The position numbers were made by a program, and so were the translations under genes. A stretch of 34,137 nt of DNA from Rhizaria sp. SCN 62-66. Taxonomy: Eukaryota. The notes under the pieces are model-generated. The model was not told where the DNA came from and did no database searches. It saw nothing but the letters and a program-made list of their open reading frames with translations. The stretch spans positions 1 through 34,137 of the forward strand of contig MEDY01000326.1 of assembly GCA_001724265.1 (NCBI GenBank), given 5' to 3'. This document shows, piece after piece, positions 27,717 to 34,137 of this stretch; the first letter of the stretch is position 1, and every line of letters begins with the position of its first letter.

Positions 27717-27913
27717 CTGTGTCATGGAACGAGAGCAGGAACAAAAGCAAAGGTACGGTACAAAATGAGTTTGGGCATCAACGAGACATCAACGAATTCA
27801 GTTTAAAACTCAATATATCATAGAATTACCACAGTGTCAGATAAAAGGATTGGTCTTGATTCCAAATTGTTGATATTACAGAAGTATGTTTCATTTTGTT
27901 GACGTTTACGTAC
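27717..27913 (-). other. Predicted intron of the MscS-like gene (197 bp, phase 0)
   Basis: AAG|GTACGT donor, AT-rich interior, pyrimidine tract and CAG acceptor. Confidence 0.8.
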
Positions 27914-30598
27914 CTTGGCGTACATGTTGCGCAGCGACTCTTTGCGCTGCACAATGGGCCTGCCGAGCACGCCGACAGGCGCGGCGCCAGACCCGGACGC
28001 CGGCCCGGGGCTGCCCAACACGCGCGGGGTCCCGGGCGCGCTGCCCGACACGCCCGCGGTGCCGGAGCCGCTGCCGACGCTTGCACTGCTTCCGGTGCCG
28101 CCCGCGCCGCCGCCGAGAAGCGTGGAGGCCGAGTCGGAGCCCACGGTGGCGCCCGTGTGGAAGATGGTCTGCATGTTGGGCTTGGTGTTGAAGGGCAGGT
28201 TCTCGGTCGCCACCACGGTGCGGCGGGTCGGCGGCGTGCGGATGCCCAAATCGCGGAGGAAATAGCGGATCGCGTTCATTACTGTGGTCTTATCGGAGCT
28301 GATGCGCTCCCACTGGTCGGGCGACTCACGGTGGTCCAGCACAAGGCTGATATCCATCGACTCGAGCTCAGTCTCCAGTCGCCCGATCGTCAGCCACACC
28401 TGCGGGCGCCACGACAGCTTGTTGCTCTGCACGAACGCGAACATGCGGTCCGCCAGCGCGTTGAGGCGCTCCAACGGGGTGTACATGGCGACTTTATATG
28501 TGAAGGTGATAGAGCTGTACTCGGAGCGCTTGAGGTTGACGATGACGAGCTGTGCGAGCACCGAGTTGGGCATCGTGATGTTGCGCGCTGACGTGTCGAT
28601 GAACGTCGTGGTCATGAGCGAGATGTCGACGACCTGCAGCACTTCCGTCGACTTGTCCGCCACAATGACGCCGTCGCCGATGTAGTACGGGCGCTGCAGC
28701 ATGATGAAGCGCAGCGACGCGACGTAGCGCTCGACCTCGGCGGCGACGGCGAAGGACAGCGAGAGGAATAGCGACGCCAGCGAAACAAGCGAGCCCGTCA
28801 CGGTGAAGTCGAACACAATAAGGAAGGCGATGAGCATCGCGAGCCAGTAAATGCCGGCGACGATGTTCTCCAGAATGCTGCCGATGGTGCTGTAGTTGTT
28901 GAGCTCGAGCACCAGGCTCGCGCGCTCACGGTAGAACTTTCTCAACACTTGCTCCAGCTCCAAGTGGCCCACGCGGCCGTCGCGTACAATGGAGTCGAAG
29001 AACGCAAACGCCTTAGCCGCAGTGATCTTGGTGTAGCGCTGCTGCAGGTCGAGCAGTGTGATGTACCCGCGCGCGTTCTTGTCCAGCACAGCCATGATGC
29101 GGTTCGCCACAGCCTGCGCAATGATATCGCTCTTGCTCACCGTGCCGTGGTTGCGCGTGATGGTGAAGCGGTGCGGCCCGCCGTTCATGTTCTGGAACCC
29201 GCGCTCGCCGATCTCGCGCTGCAGCCCCACGGGGTCGACGTCGGCTTCGAGCAGGTCGTATGAGAACCGCGGCGCGGACACGGGCTCGGCGCTCTTCGCG
29301 GCCTCGGTGGGCTTGCTCGAGGAAGCGACGTCCCCGGCGGGCTTGGTCGCGGCCGCGGCGGCGGCGTCGAGCGCGGCGGCGGGCGACTCTGACTTGGCGC
29401 CGGTCAACACGCCCCACAGTCCTTTGGTGATGGAGGCGCGGAACGTGGCGTGCGTGCGCAGCGGAGACGCGGCGGGGCGCATGGCCTCCTCGGTCAAATT
29501 TGATGGGATCGGGGCGCCACCGGCGGCGATGGAGTTGACGGTGTCGCGGCGCTCGCGGGCCTTGCGCTGCGCCTGTGAAAGAGACACTGTCTCGGACTGC
29601 TCGCCAGCGAAAAAGCGGAGCAGCTTGGCGAACTTAAGGAGCGAGTCCTTGCTGTCAGAGTCGTCGATGAGGGCCTCCTTGCCGCAGAGGTCGAGCACAA
29701 TCTGCTCCTGCAGCTTGATCTTGGCGGCGCGCTTGAGGTACTTGGAACGGTTGAAGTAGTACATCGCTGAAAAGATCAGGTACTTGCGGATAACGAGAGA
29801 GATGGTGCAGATGAGAACGAAGTTGAGCCACATGTCGATGCGGCGGAACGCCACACCGTGGCTCTCCGTGTCAATGCCAGTGAGCACGTCGTTCCACGCT
29901 ACTAAGGCCGAGATGGAGACGGCGAGCAGCGAGGTGGTGGAGGCGATCGACGCGGCCCAGAAGTAGAAGTCTTGGAACGGTGTAGTGCTCAGTAGTTCGC
30001 CAACAAGCCACTCGAGCACGGCCTGGACAAGGACACCAACATATGCAATGGCAATGACGCAGGAGATGGCGAGGAAGTATCGCCACAGCGGCGTGGAGAT
30101 GATGTGCAGCTCGTCGTGGTAGCCGATGTTGAAGCCGACAGTGAAGGCGGCGAAGAAGACGATGGTGATAAGCGCAGAGATGTGGAACGTGAGGTCAAAG
30201 TGCGTCCACGTTTTGCTAAGCCCGCAAAAGCAGCCAACGCCGCAGGTGAACTTGTCGACGCAGCGCTTGCTCATGAGGTCTTTGCGGCTGCTGATCTCGG
30301 CAGACGGACCGAAATGGTAGTTGGCAGAGTGCATGCCGTTGACGAAGGAGCTGTGCGCCGGCGGGGTCATCTCCATGCCGCTGATGTTCGGGCTCGAGAC
30401 GCGGTGCGCGGAGGATAAGTCGATGTTGAGCGGGCCGCCGGGGCCGACGGCCAGAGGGGTATCGACCTCGCTGTAAGAGGAACGGTCGATGGCCGAGTAC
30501 ATGGGGCCGCCGACGTCGCTGGGCGGAGGCGCAGTGTCCACCTTCAGCGACGGGCCGGTATCGGTCTCGGACTGGTTGTCGGACGAGCGGTGACTCAT
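27914..30598 (-). CDS. MscS-like mechanosensitive ion channel, eukaryotic EF-hand type (plant MSL4-10 / fungal Msy1-2-like), main exon; about 973 aa in total
   Basis: Likely ATG at 30598 (MSHRSS). About four N-terminal TM segments, EF-hand-like DKNARGYITLLDL, further TMs with LSLSFAVA, then the MscS domain FIMLQRPYYIGD.V.V..V.DISLMTTTF...PNSVLA...IVNLKRS. Confidence 0.88.
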
Positions 30599-32052
30599 CG
30601 GAAAACGCCGCTCTCGGGCGAGCTGAAAATAGGTGCGAGGAAAAGGAAGCAATGAGAGGGGGAGAAGACGCAGTTGCGAAAGCAACGGCAGCGCCAGTTG
30701 GGAAGAAAAAGAGTGAGTTGCACGCAGATAGTGTACGAATTCAAAACTAGATAGCAATAAACCGCCATTAAACGCGCAATACACATTATGATTACACAGG
30801 CCGAATCAGCGTTGCATGCACTTCGAAGTGAACAGGAAATTAAGAGCGAAACGCTCGCCCGACAACTCTTCTTGACTCTCGCAGCACTAACGTCTGAATA
30901 TCGTTGCAAGAAAGCGCACCGGGGGCCAACTGAGAAAAGTAACAGGTGATTCATACAGTGCAGAGTTGTATATTTCGATCTGCACTTCCAGGACGGTTCG
31001 TTAGTGCTCGTTCCCTCCATCCTAAACTGCATTGTCCCCTTCGATTCTGCCTCGCGCCACTTTCGCCCACGGTCACCAGCCACAGCACACAGACGGTAAC
31101 TGCCGGTTATGGTCTGTCTATAATAGTTCAAAAGCGCAACGATATGAACACAGATATCGAACTAAGGATGGCGACTGGAATTGTTTGTTTGTATTTCTCT
31201 TTGATATCGCAGTTTCGTCTCTGTCAGAGCCAATATACTGCGCGCATATAGTACGGTTACGAATCCTTACACATTTGCCACACACGGTACCACCTTGATC
31301 CCGTCTCTCATTCGCGCTCAACCGTACACACACACTGACCGTCAGGACGATAAACTATGCATCGTTATATAATAGCGTGCACGGAGAGCAACGGCGAGGC
31401 GGTCAGCGGTCAGCGAAGGAGGAGCGAAGCTTGTGACAAGGCAACAAAGGCAGAGAAGTGTGTGACAGTAATAAATAGAGCATTAAGAACGCGTCCGGGA
31501 GAGAGATTTTGTCAGGGTTTTTGATATTGTTTTGTAAGTTTCTTTGATAATACTCGGGACTGCGGTGGCCACGCAAACGGCGAAAAGACACCACCGCAAC
31601 CCGTCCGAGTGTTCACACTTGCGTCGAGACAAGTATAAATTGTCACGCGGAATAAGAGGGGTTATTGCGGTCCACGAGGGTACAATAGTACATTGTACAT
31701 GATATGTACGATTCCCTCACGTTCAAAAAGAAAATAAAAAAGCAAAGACGTGCGAAAGATAATAATAATATGGTTTTCCTTGTCCTGTTGTTCTGTTGAC
31801 AGCAGCAAAGATGCAGAGTTGGAAGCACGGTGGTGTGCTATCTGCATGGGACGATCTGCGCGCTGTGGTGAGGTGTTGTCAAATGCTACAGCAGTGGTGT
31901 CGCAGCAAATCAATTTGATATGCTTGCTCGCAAAGACACACATGAGGCAAGCACATCAACACCCAACGATGCCCTCTCACAAGCAGTCTGTGCCGTTTTC
32001 ACACAGCTGTTTTAATAGCTCACAGCGTTCACGGCTCGCGGTCGTCGCGTGC

Positions 32053-33081
32053 TTAGTGCTTGACGTCGGCGGCGGGCTCCTTGCCGCGGCGCGAGCGATC
32101 CCAGAGCGCCTTGGCCTGCTCGAACACAAGGAAGTTGACTCCGGCGGCAGGCACGATCTTGAGGTAATTGGGGACGAGCCCGCGGTAGAGCCCACGGAAG
32201 CCGTCCGCGCGGACGACGACGGCGATCTCGTGCAGAAACCCGCTGCCGCCCTTAGGCTTGGACGCCGTGGGATCGACGACACCGCCCAGATCGAAGCCGC
32301 GCACTTGCATGCGACGCCGGATAAGCTCGATGGGGAACGCCGCGGTCTGCGCGACGAGCCCGGCCCAGGCGCCGGCGATGAAGAAATCCGCCTGGTCGCA
32401 CTTCTGCGTCCCGCGCACCTTGAGCAGAAGGTCCTTGGTGAGGTCGTAGACCGAGAGCTGGATGCCCGCGTACGGCACGATACCACACAGCGACGGAAGT
32501 AGCCCGGAGTAAAGCTGGCGCACGCCCTCTTTGCGCGCGACCGTGACGATGCCGTCGACAACGCCGCGGTAAATCTGCTGGTGTGCGGTTTGCATCGACA
32601 GGCGGCAGCGAATGAAGTCGAGCGGGTACGTGATAAACGTGGCCAGCACACCGGCGGCGACGCCGGCCCAGAAGCGGCCTAGCGGGGTGATGGGCGCCGC
32701 GTCGCCGTCCGTCGCCACGGACTTGAACACGGGGTACGACGACAGCTGGATGGCGGAGAAGGGAAAGATACGCGCGACGTTGGCGCCGTTGCCGCGGAAA
32801 AAGCCCTTGGTGCCTTCCTCTTTGAAGATGTTGACGAGTGACTGGCGAACCGTCATGCCGCGCACGAGGTCGCCGCCGCACATGTACATGATCTTCAGAC
32901 GCTCCAGCGGCGCAACGGCCGTGCGCGAGACGGCGCCGGCAATACCACCGGCGACGAAATCGCGCGACATTTCTTCTTTACGGCTCGACAGCGACGTCAT
33001 GGCGCTGCGCAGGTGCGTCCACAGTGACGCGGATGAGGGCGACGCGGGCGCGGGGGCGGAGGCGGGGGCAGGGGCGCTCAT
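32053..33081 (-). CDS. Mitochondrial carrier (SLC25), nucleotide/CoA-type subfamily (ADNT1/SCaMC/SLC25A42-like), 342 aa
   Basis: Three carrier signatures PLERLK, PLDFIR, PIELIR, plus FVAGGIAGAVSRTAVAP, FFRGNGANVARIFP and LYRGLVPNYLKIVP. No EF-hand extension. Substrate cannot be fixed by eye. Confidence 0.95.
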   Translation of the reverse strand: MSAPAPASAPAPASPSSASLWTHLRSAMTSLSSRKEEMSRDFVAGGIAGAVSRTAVAPLERLKIMYMCGGDLVRGMTVRQSLVNIFKEEGTKGFFRGNGANVARIFPFSAIQLSSYPVFKSVATDGDAAPITPLGRFWAGVAAGVLATFITYPLDFIRCRLSMQTAHQQIYRGVVDGIVTVARKEGVRQLYSGLLPSLCGIVPYAGIQLSVYDLTKDLLLKVRGTQKCDQADFFIAGAWAGLVAQTAAFPIELIRRRMQVRGFDLGGVVDPTASKPKGGSGFLHEIAVVVRADGFRGLYRGLVPNYLKIVPAAGVNFLVFEQAKALWDRSRRGKEPAADVKH

Positions 33082-33963
33082 GGGGTGGGAGTGTGCGGAC
33101 GGAAGGGAGAACCAGAGTGGGGCGTAGGGGAGCGCGGACGGAGAAGCGGCAGAGCGACGAGGCGCAGTGTGCGAGGGCTGGGGAAGTTAGGCGGACGACT
33201 GCGGCCGGGGAGGGGCGCGGCGGGAAAGCGGGGCGACGCGGCGGACGCAGCGGCTAGAGGCCGGAGAAGAAGAAGAGAGCAGGGAACAGCGAGATAACTC
33301 ACTGGAAAATGCACAGAGAACGGTCAGGGGTCCTGCTGGAAGCAGGGGCGCTCGCGCAGAGTGGGACGAGTGGGGTCTAGACAGGACGACGCCTGCTGAA
33401 CGACTGGGGCGGCCAGAGAGCGCGCGGAGTGACACACAGAAGCAAGCTAGACGTGAGAAAATAATTAAAACTCTCACAAATAAGAAATTCAGCAAAGAAG
33501 CACTTGGCCATAAAGTTTATCAGCGAACATCGCCCTCGTCAGACCTCTTCAAAGTCCTCGCGCTGTCAGTCATTCAGTTCGGTCACTCGACGGTCGCGGC
33601 GGACCGCTTTTTTGCGAACTGGACGCTGTTTCCGAACGAAAGGGCAGCCGCAAGAAAAGAGCCGTGGACTTTGAGGTGGCTTTGGCGGTACTTCCCTTGG
33701 TTCTTTTGTTCTGTGAAATGACGAGTAGACTGTTATAAGACGCGGGTTTCTATTTTAATATTGTTTTGCGCTTCTATGGCACGGCGTCTGCTGCTATAAG
33801 ACGTTCGATTGGGCTTGGTGGTTTGCACTGTCGGTCGTCACTTTAGCCGTCTTGCTCGCTCGTATATGGCATCCAGTCACAACTACGCGCTTCTTCTTGC
33901 GTTCCATAGTCTCATCCACATCATGAATTTTACTTCGTCTCTTCTATTTTCCCGCGACAGACA

Positions 33964-34137
33964 ATGGTCAAGCACAACAACGCTATTGCCAACAACCACT
34001 TCCGCAAGGACTGGCAGAACCACATCAAGACCTGGTTCGACCAGCCCGCCCAGAAGGTTGCTCGTGCTGCCAAGCGCGTCGCCAAGGCCAAGAAGCTTTT
34101 CCCCCGCCCCACCGAGGCTCTCCGCCCCGTCGTCCGC
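33964..34137 (+). CDS. RPL13: 60S ribosomal protein L13 (eL13), N-terminal part, truncated by the window end
   Basis: Not in the ORF track. It reads [58 protein letters not shown], with the eL13 signature HF.KDWQ...KTWF.QP..K..R...R..KA....PRP...LRP.VR. Confidence 0.97.
   Translation, partial: MVKHNNAIANNHFRKDWQNHIKTWFDQPAQKVARAAKRVAKAKKLFPRPTEALRPVVR

Noticed and set aside
30599-30784. N-terminal extension of the MscS ORF given in the track
   Set aside because: It starts at GTG and runs through a pyrimidine tract and acceptor; it looks like intron/UTR, although an upstream coding exon cannot be excluded.
1-34137. Non-standard genetic code, transposons, CRISPR arrays, tRNA/rRNA genes
   Set aside because: Conserved genes end at TAA/TGA with no internal stops. 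I saw no transposase/RT motifs, terminal repeats, spacer arrays or RNA-gene signatures, though this was by eye only.

Overview
This window is gene-dense DNA from a eukaryotic microbe. Coding regions are GC-rich, intergenic DNA is more AT-rich, a few short GT-AG introns are predicted, and stops appear standard (TAA/TGA). Gene order: 3' end of RPL21 (+); a bacterial-type chorismate lyase (UbiC)-fold gene (-) head-to-head with a class II DAHP synthase (+); a giant three-exon KDM5/JARID1-type histone demethylase of about 6,250 aa (-); a two-exon EF-hand MscS-like channel (-); an SLC25 mitochondrial carrier (-) head-to-head with the 5' end of RPL13 (+). The most notable observation is the divergent pair linking the entry enzyme of the shikimate pathway to a putative chorismate-consuming enzyme, a possible small eukaryotic gene cluster for 4-hydroxybenzoate/quinone precursor synthesis. 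Second is the extreme inflation of several proteins by in-frame low-complexity insertions, one of which splits the JmjC catalytic domain. All assignments come from motif recognition by eye; no searches were run, splice sites are predictions, and the organism is not identified.
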